From Naegleria gruberi (Eukaryota), in assembly GCA_000004985.1 (NCBI GenBank), contig GG738847.1: a stretch of 64,000 nt of DNA; one strand, 5' to 3'. Positions 37,254 to 48,180 of the stretch are shown piece after piece; the first letter of the stretch is position 1; every line of letters begins with the position of its first letter. The notes under the pieces were generated by a model. The model saw only the letters and a list, made by a program, of their open reading frames with translations, was not told the origin of the DNA and did no database searches. A program made the position numbers and the translations under genes.

Positions 37254-37685
37254 ATGGCTTCAGCATCGCTCGGACCGTGCTTGGCACTTGCAGTGTGTAT
37301 CGCTGGAATTGGAGGTGGACCATATCTTGGTAGAAGATTATTTGAAGGAGAATGGGTAGGTTTTGAAACTAGTAAAAAGAGTGTTAAATAGTCGAAAATT
37401 TATAATTTCATATTTATTATTGGATATTGAATATCAACATCATGATGATAGAGAGAAAAACAAAAACCAGACTTTTTCAGATACGGTTTGTGGATGAGAG
37501 ACTATGCTGTCTCTGATACTATCCGAGAAGGAGTTGAACCAACAAATGCTTCCATCAAATCACCAGTGGCCAAGCCAGTTTTTGGTTTGTTTGGACCAAA
37601 TATTGATACCACAAATCCAATGAAGAAGGAATTTGATGAACAAATGGATAGATTATTACTTGAAGTTGCTTTCAAATCAAAGTAA
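37254..37685 (+). CDS. small putative membrane protein (about 110 aa); 2 exons, model tentative
   Basis: ATG at 37254 encodes MASASLGPCLALAVCIAGIGGGPYLGRRLFEGEWVGFET (Gly-zipper TM-like). A GTAAAA donor and the CCAG acceptor at about 37470 give phase-consistent joining to ...FFRYGLWMRDYAVSDTIREGVEPTNASIKSPVAKPVFGLFGPNIDTTNPMKKEFDEQMDRLLLEVAFKSK. The splice sites are weak. Confidence 0.25.
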
Positions 37686-37934
37686 ATAATATTGATAATA
37701 ATTTGGAATTTTGATGCAAATGATAAATAGGGCTACAATATTTGTTATTTGTGTAGTAAATACAATTAGAAAATAAATCAGGTGGCGATTATTATATGAT
37801 GTTTTTACTAAATGATGAATAATAGAAATGAGGATATTAGAATTCAATAACTATTGGCAAATGGTGCCATCGTTAATTACCGTTATTATTATGAAATTAA
37901 AACACTCCATCTTCAAATAATAGATAAAGAAAAA

Positions 37935-38852
37935 ATGTCATCACAACAAGATAGCCAATCGTCATCCACAAAACACAAAGTTGATCCGAATGGAAAGTAT
38001 TATGAAGTTTTAGGAATTGAAAATTGGCAAGATGCCTCTTCCGAAATTATTCAAAAAGGTTTTCGTAAGATGGCAGCACTCTACCATCCTGATAGAGTTG
38101 TCGATGATGAAGAGAAAAAGAAGGACTATGAGACCAAATTTTCTAAAATAACAGAAGCCAACTCAATCCTCAAAGATCCCGAACTCAAAACTAAATATGA
38201 TCTTATTCTAAAGCAAGCAGAATTTAAAGAAAAGCAAAAACAGGAAATGGATGAAAAAACTAAAGAGTTGAGAGAATCTTTGGAGGAGAGAGAAAAACAA
38301 GCTCATCAAAATCGATTGAAAAAAGAGAATATGGATCTAGTCTTTGCTAATAAGGAATTGGCATCAAGAATTAAGGAAAGTGGAGCCTATGATGCCCTGT
38401 ACAAAGTTCAAGAAAAGAAGCAGGAAAGAGAAAAGAAGGAAAAAAAAGACAAGAAGGAATCAGGTCCCACTCGACAAGTCATAGTTTCTTGGAAGAAATC
38501 TCAGGAAATAACTGAAGAAAAACTCAAAGTACTCTTTACAAGATTATTTGGACTTATTGAAATTATGATTTTCAAGGAAGCCAAAAGGAAATGCATTATT
38601 TCTTTCGAATCCGAGTCAAGTGCTCAGAAAGCAAAAGAATTCGATTGGGATGATCTCATTCAATACAAATTTAAAGTCAAACTAGCTGGAGGATCTTCAT
38701 CGTCAACAACTGAAGAGAATGATACTAAAAAAAGAGCAATGAGTGAAGCAACAACGATTGAATCTGACTCTGAGGAAGAATCAAGCAAACAGGATTATGA
38801 TCTCAATTTAAGACTAATGAGAATGGCCAATAAGAAACACAAAATAACCTAA
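37935..38852 (+). CDS. DNAJC17: DnaJ homolog subfamily C member 17-like (J domain + C-terminal RRM)
   Basis: J-domain KYYEVLGIENWQDASSEIIQKGFRKMAALYHPDRV...KFSKITEANSILKDPELKTKYD including the HPD motif. A Lys/Glu-rich coiled-coil follows. The RRM-like C-terminus is RQVIVSWKKSQ...LFGLIEIMIFKEAKRKCIISFESESSAQKA. The first ATG is at 37935; the track ORF starts upstream at a non-ATG codon. Confidence 0.75.
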   Translation: MSSQQDSQSSSTKHKVDPNGKYYEVLGIENWQDASSEIIQKGFRKMAALYHPDRVVDDEEKKKDYETKFSKITEANSILKDPELKTKYDLILKQAEFKEKQKQEMDEKTKELRESLEEREKQAHQNRLKKENMDLVFANKELASRIKESGAYDALYKVQEKKQEREKKEKKDKKESGPTRQVIVSWKKSQEITEEKLKVLFTRLFGLIEIMIFKEAKRKCIISFESESSAQKAKEFDWDDLIQYKFKVKLAGGSSSSTTEENDTKKRAMSEATTIESDSEEESSKQDYDLNLRLMRMANKKHKIT

Positions 38853-39032
38853 TTTGATTTTCAACATTTTATAGAACATGTGAAGAAGGTAAAAGTATTA
38901 GTCGAGATGAAAAGAAATGATGATAGCAAGATAAGGACCTATTCTGAACCAAATGAAGGTGAAGAGAAAGTTCCAATAATTATTAATTCCCATTTCAAAT
39001 AAAAAACAATAAATTTTAAAAGTTAAAAAAAA

Positions 39033-39320
39033 ATGGTGTTATTTTTCAGTTTTTTTAAAACTCTTGTTGATAAGGAAGTGATTGTCGAGTTGAAGAATGA
39101 TGTATCACTGAGAGGAACTTTGCACAGTGTTGATCAATATTTAAATGTTAAATTAAATAATGTACAAGTTGAGGACAAGGAAAAGTATCCATATTTATGC
39201 TGTATTAAAAATTGTTTCATCAGAGGAAGCACAGTCCGATATATACAACTCCCAGCTGCTGATGTGGATACGGAAGCATTACAAAATGCTACAAGAAAGG
39301 AACATATGCGTAAGAAATAA
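39033..39320 (+). CDS. LSM2: U6 snRNA-associated Sm-like protein LSm2
   Basis: The 95-aa product FFKTLVDKEVIVELKNDVSLRGTLHSVDQYLNVKLNNVQVEDKEKYPYLCCIKNCFIRGSTVRYIQLPAADVDTEALQNATRKE aligns almost residue for residue with LSm2. Confidence 0.85.
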   Translation: MVLFFSFFKTLVDKEVIVELKNDVSLRGTLHSVDQYLNVKLNNVQVEDKEKYPYLCCIKNCFIRGSTVRYIQLPAADVDTEALQNATRKEHMRKK

Positions 39321-39488
39321 TTTTGGAATCAATTTCATGTACATATATTAAATTATTAATTTTATTATGATGGTGATGATTATTTTCACAATTTATTATA
39401 AATTAAAACGGAGAGGAGATTGGAATACTATTAATTGTTCAGGATGTATTTGTTTTAACTCGATAGTCTTGTTATTTCTACAACTTTA

Positions 39489-40130
39489 TCACAGTGCATC
39501 AAAGATGTCATCAAATGAAATTGGAGTAATTGCTGAAGGCATTGGAGAAGGTAGTGGAAGACCACTTGAATCAACATCAACTTGAAAAGGAAGTGAAGAA
39601 TCCTCACTAGTTGGAGGCTTGGTCACTTGTTTCATCTTTTCGTCAGAAAGTGTCACAAATACATCTTCAGCCTTACCAGTCTCTGGATTAAATTCCATAA
39701 ATATTGGAGTTGGATATTCTAAAAAGTCTGCTATAGAATCAGCTTGTGGACAAAGTTCAATAGCCTCACATTCTTCAATTGTTGGTATTTTCAATTGTGG
39801 TTTTTGATTTGTTAAATTCTTGGTAGTCAATTCGGATTTTTTCTTCTTTGTAGGTTGTTGATTTGTTTGTGTTGTGATTGTTGACTTCTCTTGATTTGTA
39901 ATATCACCAAGAGCCTTTCGTTTCTGACCTCCTGTTGTTGTCTTTTGTGATGAAAAAGATTTATCCTGAGTTTCTTTTATTTTGATCGGACCCGAAGATG
40001 ATGAAAGAATATTCTTCTTTATAGATGGAGTAGAAGGAGGCACTGAATTTTCTAAATCAGTGACAGCTTTTATCTTTTCGTGATGAATTTGTTGTTGTTG
40101 CTGACGATCCACAATGATTTGTCTTTTCAT
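39489..40130 (-). CDS. securin-like protein (candidate separase inhibitor) with destruction box
   Basis: 213 aa, basic and unstructured. It has the D-box RKALGDITN (RxxLxxIxN), as in securin RKALGTVNR. The C-terminal region is proline-rich (FNPETGK...LPLPSPMPSAITP). Size and architecture resemble securin/PTTG. Poly-A Kozak context. Confidence 0.45.
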   Translation of the reverse strand: MKRQIIVDRQQQQQIHHEKIKAVTDLENSVPPSTPSIKKNILSSSSGPIKIKETQDKSFSSQKTTTGGQKRKALGDITNQEKSTITTQTNQQPTKKKKSELTTKNLTNQKPQLKIPTIEECEAIELCPQADSIADFLEYPTPIFMEFNPETGKAEDVFVTLSDEKMKQVTKPPTSEDSSLPFQVDVDSSGLPLPSPMPSAITPISFDDIFDAL

Positions 40131-40180
40131 TTTTTATTTAAAAACTTATTCGAAAATCAAGTAACAAAACGGCAAAAAAT

Positions 40181-40189
40181 GGCGCCAAG
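40181..40189. promoter_or_regulatory. E2F-like element GGCGCCAAG, about 50 bp upstream of the securin-like start codon
   Basis: GC-rich motif in an AT-rich promoter of a cell-cycle gene. Confidence 0.3.
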
Positions 40190-40452
40190 CCAAAATTGTC
40201 CTCTCTTGATAACTGTAAACACCAAACTCAAAACCAACCTTAATTATCCTCCAATTGTGCACTAACGACAGCCTCATTATTATTATAATACTACCAAACA
40301 AGCTACTCAATAGCCTTTCATCCCGCCCAATTCACACAGTTTATTCTCACAACAATAGCCTAAGAAACGAGAATGCACAATTTTTCTTCATTTGGTATTT
40401 TTTTTGCACTTCGCACTCCAAGCAACTTTGTTCAAATTTGAAAAGAAAAAAA

Positions 40453-41862
40453 ATGAAACAACAATCAACATTATGCTGTAACGTCTTGATAATAGGTGGT
40501 GGTTTGGCTGGGCTTTCCGCTGCTCATCATTTTAACTCGGTGGGAATGAGTGATTTCCTTATTGTCGAAGCTGACTCTCGTTTGGGTGGGCGTATCTATT
40601 CTGATACCCAAAGTGGTATTGAAATTGGTGCTGAATTTATTCATGGTCAAGGAAGCATGGCTCATGATATTCTTACCAAGTTGAAAGTACCACTCGATCA
40701 CGTTTTTGATTTTTCAAAGACTAATCCAAAGGAACATGGTGCCATGTATTTCATTGGTAAGTGTTTTTTAGTTTGATATGCTTATCGGAAATTAGATGGA
40801 AAACTTCATTCGATTGATTCACCTATTGCTAAGGAAATGCTTGGTATTATTGATGAATTGATGGAAGATAAGGAATTAAAAACAAGCCCAGATATGTCAA
40901 TTAAGGAATGGTTAGTCAAGAGAAAGATTCCAGAAAAGTATCACGTTTTTATTGATTCACTCCTCGCCAAAACAAATGGTGGGTGCATTAATACAGTTAG
41001 TGCTAAGGGTATACAAGAAGAAGGAAACAAGTGGCCATATGGTTCAGGAAACTTCCAGCTTAATGGTGACCACTATATGGAACCATCCTTGATGAAATAT
41101 TTATTGAATAATTTATCACTTAAGGATCAGGTTAAACTTGATTATGTTGTCCGTAAAATTGATTATACATGCAAATCGGGAATGATTAAGATCAATGATG
41201 GTGAAATTTTGTGTAATAAGGTCATTTGTACCGTCCCTATCACTGCATTGAAGAATCAAACTGTTGTTTTTAATCCACCATTGTCACCAATTAAGAAGCA
41301 CATTATTCAAAACATGTTACCAATGCAAAGTGGTATGAAAGTTGTTTTGAGATTTAAGAAACCATTCTGGAGAACAATGATTCCAGATACTAATATTATC
41401 ATCCTTGGTGATGAAAATCCATTTGTTGCTCAACTCTGGTTCCCACATACAACTCAACAAAAGCACGATCAATATGGTTACTACATGACTGGTTTCAGTA
41501 TGGGTAATAAGACTGATCATGGTCTTTTTTACACAGAAGAAGAAATTGCTCAAAGTATGAGAAAGATGGTTCACAAAGTTTTTGGTTTGAATGAATCTAA
41601 TGACGGTTTCATTGGAGGTATTGTCAAGAATTGGCAATCATTCCAATACGTTGCTGGTTCATATGCCTATTGTGGTGTTACTGATGCCTCCAGAAAGAAC
41701 TTTGTTGAAAATTGTAGACAAGTTTTGGGTGAACCAATTGAAAATAGAATCTACTTTGCAGGTGAAATTTATGCTGACTATTCTCCAGCCACAATTCATG
41801 GTTCTATGGAAACAGGTGATGCTGTTGCCAAGTCCATCATGAGCAGAGGATCCAAGTTATAA
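40453..41862 (+). CDS. flavin-containing amine oxidase, polyamine oxidase-like, with C-terminal PTS1 (-SKL); 2 exons, 39-nt intron 40757..40795
   Basis: The FAD Rossmann motif VLIIGGGLAGLSAAHHF...VEADSRLGGRIYS is present. The C-terminal half is amine-oxidase-like, with FAGE...Y near the end. It ends in SKL. The phase-1 splice YFIG|gtaagt..attag|DGKLHS joins the two track ORFs. Confidence 0.75.
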
Positions 41863-41891
41863 ACAATTTATTGAACTAGCATTTCTCTTAT

Positions 41892-43163
41892 TTAAAGTTG
41901 TGAAGCATCAAAGGTTCGAGGAGCATCATCATCCCCTTCTCTTGAAGGCATGTTATCGTTGAGTGTTTCATTTGATTTCATTCCTCTTTGCTCGCTGAGG
42001 ATTGAGTAAATGGTCCTTCCATTATTAATATAAATATCCACAAACTTTCTATCAAATTCAAACATATTATCCTCTGAATCGTCTAAAATTATAATATCCT
42101 TGATTTCTTCTGGAATATCTTTCGAAGTATCCTTTCTCAAGTAGGATGATTCTAATTTTTCTTCCTCAACTGTAAACATATTGATCTTCTCCTTTGTGTA
42201 GGTCTTGGTATTTTGTAAATGGGTGAAGAGTGAGTAGCATCGGGTGAGAGAATTGGCATGGTAGGTACACTTCTTTGAGCAAGTATCCATTTCTAAAAGT
42301 TCATAACATTCAGAGATCACCTTCCAGAATGAATAGCTTCTAATATTCGTCTGATAACAAGTGTCAATGACTGTAAATTTAAATCTGATATCCACTCCTT
42401 GTTCATTGACCGTGACATCCTTCTTTTTAATCTCATCACTAATAAGGAATAACAGTGACTCCTTCACATGGATGCATCTCTGCAATAAACCAATGCATTG
42501 AGTGAGAAGGTACTTATTCAATTTAGTGTTTTTCATGACATGTATCAAAACTCTTGCCTTGAATTCCCAAATCTGTGTCATGAAACTGGCCACATGTGAC
42601 TTGGAAAATTTCTGACTCTTTGGCAAGACACCATTCTTTCTAATAATTTCATACTCTATTACATTCAAATATTTAATAATCATATATTCTGCACCAGTAT
42701 CTCCTTTCATATTATTCATAATCTTCAATAAACATCTTAGGAAGGTATCGAGAATTTCTCTCCTAATCACAATCGGAACTTTCAACAATTTGAACATTTT
42801 AAGAAAATTAGCAATGGAATCATCACTGAAAATATAGGAAAGCAATTCATCACCATCATTAAATTCTTGATTAATTCCTTGCATTCCGATACTTTGAAAA
42901 ATTAATTCCACAACCTTGGTATATTCCCTCTTCATATACATATGATCCAATTCGTATTTTAAACAATTAGGTTCCATTTCCTTTCCTCTCTCTTGACAAT
43001 ACCAATTGCTAGTATGAAATTGTGCAATATATTTAATATTGTTATTATTATTTTCATCATGATGATTATTTTCCGAATATTCAGTTGTTGTTTCTTCTTC
43101 TATTGGAGCATTAAATTCCGAACCAGAATTTTGCAAGGGATTTACCTCTTTCTGTTGACTCAT
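41892..43163 (-). CDS. hypothetical protein (423 aa)
   Basis: Long ORF with a poly-A Kozak ATG. It has an acidic N-terminus with an Asn run and a C-terminal IILDDSEDN acidic patch. No recognisable domain. Confidence 0.45.
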   Translation of the reverse strand: MSQQKEVNPLQNSGSEFNAPIEEETTTEYSENNHHDENNNNNIKYIAQFHTSNWYCQERGKEMEPNCLKYELDHMYMKREYTKVVELIFQSIGMQGINQEFNDGDELLSYIFSDDSIANFLKMFKLLKVPIVIRREILDTFLRCLLKIMNNMKGDTGAEYMIIKYLNVIEYEIIRKNGVLPKSQKFSKSHVASFMTQIWEFKARVLIHVMKNTKLNKYLLTQCIGLLQRCIHVKESLLFLISDEIKKKDVTVNEQGVDIRFKFTVIDTCYQTNIRSYSFWKVISECYELLEMDTCSKKCTYHANSLTRCYSLFTHLQNTKTYTKEKINMFTVEEEKLESSYLRKDTSKDIPEEIKDIIILDDSEDNMFEFDRKFVDIYINNGRTIYSILSEQRGMKSNETLNDNMPSREGDDDAPRTFDASQL

Positions 43164-43449
43164 TTTTTTGTAAACGGAAAATGCAATTTTGTAATTGATT
43201 GTGAAGTTTTTTTGTATTTAGAAATATAGTTCGTTTCTTTCAGAACTATTATCTCCCTACAGAACCAACTTTTCAAATCAATCAAATGCACAAATTAACA
43301 ATTGTCTGAAATGGTCAACTCTGTACAATTGGTAACTTTCAACAATTTTCTGCATTCACTCAAAGATGTTAAATTGTCCTGAACTAACTTACCGTACCGA
43401 ACGAGAGTGATTCGTATTGTTTATAACATTACATTTATTATAACAAGAT

Positions 43450-46400
43450 TTACAAAAGGAAAACAGAGGCAATGGCCAAAAGGACAGCCAAGAGACTAGA
43501 GAAAACTGAAGCAGATGCACTCTTTACAGTGAGGGAAGTGAATTTGTTACCAAAATTGAGGGTTGGGAGAGAAAGGGTAACAGTAGCATCAGACAAGTCA
43601 ACAACCATTGGAGCATTCATAAATCCAGAGAATGTACTAGTAGCACAATCAATATCCAAATTGGTCTTAATCTTCATAGTATGGACCTTTCCATTTTGAC
43701 TAACTGGAACAACATAGAATGACAATCCATTTTCCAAGAGATGTCCCTTAAGAACAGTTGATGGTCCAAGATTTTGAGTGGCCTTAGCAGTTTCAGTATA
43801 GAGGACAATGGTACCATTGGCAAACCATGATGAAATATAACCAGTGTAGGAACCTTGAATTCTATCCAAGAGACCATCAGGATAAGCTGGGGCAACAACA
43901 CTCTTACGGAGTTGTTCAATAATTGGAGTGAAAATAATTGGAGCATTCTTGAGAGCAATATTGTTAGCAACTGGAGAGTTCAAAGAAGCTAAAGTAATCA
44001 TTACAAAATCAAGTTCTGGAACAACCAATGGTTTGGCATTGTAACCATAAACAGAACCTCCCTTAGTCAAGTAGAACAAGTTATTTTTGTTGTCATACAT
44101 GGTTTCAAAGGCACCCAAACCAATGGTGAACGTAGCATCGTTAGCCAAGAATGTTGGCATGAATTGTCTCATAGCATCCTTTGAAATTGGAACTGGACAA
44201 GCATTGGCATTGTTAAGAGAGCTATAAGTGAAACAAGAGAAGAATTTTAACATATCATTAGCAGTACTGTACATGCCACCAGCAGGTTCTTGAGCCAACA
44301 ACATGGTCAAATAATCTGGATCTCTACCAACAACCATCTTGGAAAGAATATCAGAAGTATAATCAAATCCAGTGTTTGACATGCCCAACTTGTCGAAAAT
44401 GTTAATCTTACAGAATTCTCTGAATGATTTACCTGTAATCAATTCAAGAACTCTACCCAAAATAGTAAAGTCTACATTACTGTAATAACGATCACTGATG
44501 GATGGAGCCATAAATTGCAACAAGTCAACAGTGGCTTTTCTGTATTCATCAAAAGTCATACTGCAATTATATGGGTCACAAGGGGAAGTTCTAGACAAAC
44601 CAGCACCATGGATCATTAATTGTCTGAAAGTAATCTTGTTAGTTGCTGTCGTAAAGTACTTGTTAGTATATTGGAAATCTTTAACATAGTTAGTGATTGG
44701 TTCATCAATACTCTTAATAATACCCAATTCTTGAGCAATCAAAGCAGCCATACTGGTAAAAACTTTAGTGACAGAGGCAACTCTAAAGATGGAATCGGCA
44801 GTAGGGGTTTCAGTTTCCTTACCCTTTGTACCAACTTGACCAACACCTTGGTTCATAACAACAGTATCTCTATATTTGGCAAGAATAATTCCTGATCCAT
44901 TCTTTGCGCCATTGTCAACCAAAATAGATTTAACCATGTTATTCTTGAGGTCTGTTAAAGCAGATTGAAGAGTTGAAACATCAATTTCTGCAGATCTTGG
45001 AAGAATGTTACATTTAGGGTTTGAATCAGCTGCCTTCAATGCTCTGACTTGAGACTTGAGGGATCTAGCACTTGCCTTTGGATTGACATCAGAACTAATC
45101 TTAGTGTAAGCAACGAACCAATCAAGACCTGGCATCCAGAAGTACAAGTTACCGTCCTTATCATTTGAGAATCTAAGAACTTCATTTCCGTAACCTCCCT
45201 TAAACAATGTCAAAGAATCGATATATGCAGCTTCTTGAATATCTCTAATAATGAAAGCATTATTTGGTTGGTAATCCAAATCAAAATTAACATAAATTCC
45301 ACCCAAATTAATGTTCATAATAGTTTGACCATCTTGATAATACAAAGTGGCATTGGTTCCATCAGCATTACACAAATAGGTACCTTGGTACTTGGCTTGA
45401 TCTTGAGCTGGAGGTAAAACAAATGCTGGCATGACAGACACATATTGACTCATAAGTGTTCCAACAGCCTTAGCATAAATTTGTTCAGCAATATATGTAG
45501 CAAAGACATCTCTATTGGAAGAAATTGAAATGATTGCAAACTTGTATTCTGGAACAAAGATCATGTGAGAAGAAAATCCGAGAACGTTTCCTCTCTTAGA
45601 TCTCTTCCATACGTTATACTTGCTATCGTGACTCATTTCAAAGGCAAAACCAGTTGCATTTTGAGCGTCTGGAGAAATATATTGAGGAGTGAAAAATTCA
45701 CGAACAGTTTGACGAGTAAGAATACTTTCATCATTCAAGATTGAGGAGGCATAATAGGTCAAATCTTGCAATGTAGAGTAAGCATCCATGGAACCTTCAC
45801 ACCAACCAGACTTTACTTCAGAATCGAATGTGATGGTGGCATTGCCAGCATAGCTTGGAGTAACGTGAGTGGAAACAGTGAGGAGATCAGAGACGAGACC
45901 AGAGTTGGACATGGAGGCACTTTTCATTACATCCTTAAGATTAGAAGAGACGGATTGGCCATTCATCTTGGCAAGAGCTTGACTCAACCAACAATAACCA
46001 AAGTCAGAATAAACTGGTACAGAGTATGGTTCATGTATAGCTGACGAATGTCCAGGAAGACCAGAATCGGTCATTGCCTTAACGACTTCATCACTAGAAA
46101 GATTACAATCAAAGAGTTTGCAAGGAGCTTGTCTACCGAGACCGCTCATGTGTGTGGATAATTGTCTCAAAGTTACAGAGGAAATTGGAAACTTGGAGAA
46201 TGTACTAGTGAGAGCATCATCGAGTTTCAACTTTCCAGCATCTCTCATTCTGAACATTTGAGTAGCAACCAACAACTTGGTCAAATCACCAATACGAACC
46301 TTAGTGGTGGCGTCACCATTTCCAGAGAACAAACTAATTGTGTTACCACCTGGATACACAATAGCACTAGCAGCAAAACCTGATGAAACTGTAAAGGCAG

Positions 46401-46506
46401 CATCTTGGATAGCTTGAGCATCACTTGGAGAAAACTTTGCGTCTAAGAATGTTGAGCAGAAAAGCAAGCAACTTAGAAGAATTACTAGAATTGTTGGTTT
46501 GAGCAT
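43450..46506 (-). CDS. secreted tandem beta-lactamase/transpeptidase-like (PF00144-type) protein with probable GPI anchor
   Basis: Signal peptide MLKPTILVILLSCLLFCSTFLDA. Domain 1 has RIGDLTKLLVATQ...LRQLSTHMSGL, so the SxxK motif carries Asp in place of Ser. Domain 2 has FRVASVTKVFTSMAAL...FRQLMIHGAGL with an intact SxxK and a YSN motif. The hydrophobic C-terminal tail SLLAVLLAIASVFLL follows small residues, which looks like a GPI-attachment signal. Confidence 0.7.
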   Translation of the reverse strand: MLKPTILVILLSCLLFCSTFLDAKFSPSDAQAIQDAAFTVSSGFAASAIVYPGGNTISLFSGNGDATTKVRIGDLTKLLVATQMFRMRDAGKLKLDDALTSTFSKFPISSVTLRQLSTHMSGLGRQAPCKLFDCNLSSDEVVKAMTDSGLPGHSSAIHEPYSVPVYSDFGYCWLSQALAKMNGQSVSSNLKDVMKSASMSNSGLVSDLLTVSTHVTPSYAGNATITFDSEVKSGWCEGSMDAYSTLQDLTYYASSILNDESILTRQTVREFFTPQYISPDAQNATGFAFEMSHDSKYNVWKRSKRGNVLGFSSHMIFVPEYKFAIISISSNRDVFATYIAEQIYAKAVGTLMSQYVSVMPAFVLPPAQDQAKYQGTYLCNADGTNATLYYQDGQTIMNINLGGIYVNFDLDYQPNNAFIIRDIQEAAYIDSLTLFKGGYGNEVLRFSNDKDGNLYFWMPGLDWFVAYTKISSDVNPKASARSLKSQVRALKAADSNPKCNILPRSAEIDVSTLQSALTDLKNNMVKSILVDNGAKNGSGIILAKYRDTVVMNQGVGQVGTKGKETETPTADSIFRVASVTKVFTSMAALIAQELGIIKSIDEPITNYVKDFQYTNKYFTTATNKITFRQLMIHGAGLSRTSPCDPYNCSMTFDEYRKATVDLLQFMAPSISDRYYSNVDFTILGRVLELITGKSFREFCKINIFDKLGMSNTGFDYTSDILSKMVVGRDPDYLTMLLAQEPAGGMYSTANDMLKFFSCFTYSSLNNANACPVPISKDAMRQFMPTFLANDATFTIGLGAFETMYDNKNNLFYLTKGGSVYGYNAKPLVVPELDFVMITLASLNSPVANNIALKNAPIIFTPIIEQLRKSVVAPAYPDGLLDRIQGSYTGYISSWFANGTIVLYTETAKATQNLGPSTVLKGHLLENGLSFYVVPVSQNGKVHTMKIKTNLDIDCATSTFSGFMNAPMVVDLSDATVTLSLPTLNFGNKFTSLTVKSASASVFSSLLAVLLAIASVFLL

Positions 46507-47073
46507 TTTTTTGCTTTTATTTCATTGTGATAACAAGAAGCTTGGTTTTAAAACAATTTCGAGATACAGCCTTAAATTGCGTCTTTGAAAAAGTTTACAA
46601 CAATCTAGATTGTGTTTGGCTTGAATACTTGGAAGGTGAAATGAGCACGAGAGATGCGAGTCGAATGATTTTTTGGAAGGGCACTGTAATGGAAAAGGAC
46701 AAATGCCGTTTGAGAAATAAGCCAACATTCCATCATGAAAGAGGATAAATTCGTTGAGGATTAAGCGGAAGGGAATTGAGAGAATGAAGTAGTAGGGGAC
46801 AGGATGCAACAATTCAAATGGAATAGGGCGAGATATTTTGGAGCACAAATTATGAAAACAGGCGATCAAGCAATCGTGAACTTCAACTACAAGAAGAAAA
46901 GAATCCTTAATATTATTGTTTGTTACTTGATGATATTCATGTTATTGATGCAGATGAGTTGATAGAAAGACACCCGAAATATTTCAATTTGCATTATGCC
47001 ACTTCTTGTATATCACACATGGGATATTACAATTTTCTTGACTATTAGATAGATGGAAAAGATGAATGCTATT

Positions 47074-48152
47074 TTACATCATGCTACACTTTTCATTCTT
47101 GTTGGAAACCTGTAATACTTTTGCATCGTCTTTTAACACTAACTTGAGAATTTCACTGATCGAGTAGGATCCAAGATAATGTCTTCTTCCCAATTGTTCA
47201 AACATGGCCCTCAGACTCGAATTACTGGTGGCGTTCGTTTCAAAAATTTCACTGTTCGAAAGATCATACGTTTTGATTAATTGTCCAAGCTTCTTCTTAT
47301 ACTCATCAACTTGATTTCGATATGTTGGATCTGAATTTGAAAAATCAATCTTATTCAGTGCAAACATGACTGGGAAATCATTCACCACTGCATTCTTTGC
47401 TTTCACAATCAGCTCGATATTAAAAATCAATTCTTGCATAATGAAATTGTCAATGGATGATACCACAACAAAGGCTTGTCTGTATTTCATATACTGTTCT
47501 TTCATTGAACTGAATTCCTCTCCATGAATATCATCATTCAATTCCAATCTAATTGATTTTTCATCCACTCGAATAAATTTCAAATCCACATCTTCTATTG
47601 TTGGATCGTAACTGTTTCATATGATTTAAAGTTATGAAGGATTGGAATGTTTCACAATATTTACATACGTTAAACCATAATTGGAAAAAATTCATGAACA
47701 AATGAATTGATTATACTGGTCTTTCCACTTTTCCTACATCCAGTAACGAATATTCTAATATCTCCTGCTCTATTCTCTGAAACTGGATGCAGTAGTGTTC
47801 TTCTAGCATGTCTTGTCAATAGAATTTTCCTTTTCAAGCAATTCTTCTTAATCATTTCCAACTTTGCTTTTTCAATTTCTTTTGAATTACTTTCTGGTTG
47901 TTCCAATTCGAACACTTTCCACCAAAAATTATTTAAATATTCTCTCATTTCCATTCTAGAATTTAATCGACAACTCAAGCTCTCAAATATGGCCATCATT
48001 CTAATAGAATTTTTAACTGTTCCACGATCGGATAATGATGTGTCCACAACAAATTCTAAAATTTCTATCAAGATTTCACTTGGGATTTGCAGAAATAAAT
48101 TAAATTCTTGAGGGTGGCCATACTGATGTGAGTGTTTCTTGTGTTTCGACAT
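47074..48152 (-). CDS. Ras-like small GTPase with N-terminal F-box-like extension and C-terminal CAAX box; 2 exons, junction unresolved
   Basis: Exon 1 (about 47593..48152) starts at MSKHKKHSHQ. It has an F-box-like segment IPSEILIEILEFVVD and the P-loop VTGCRKSGKTSIINSF. Exon 2 (47074..about 47622) has switch I YDPTIED, a degenerate G3 (DDIHGEE), G4 NKID and a CSMM terminus. No canonical GT..AG pair joins the two frames: a stop follows ...FPIMV and the phases mismatch. Confidence 0.5.
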
Positions 48153-48180
48153 TTTTTTACTGGTTGTTGGAACTTTGGTT

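Noticed and set aside
46522-46869. Overlapping ORFs 46522..46869 (-) and 46527..46748 (+) between the beta-lactamase-like gene and the GTPase gene
   Set aside because: Both products are low-complexity with no domain and they are mutually overlapping. More likely intergenic or promoter sequence.
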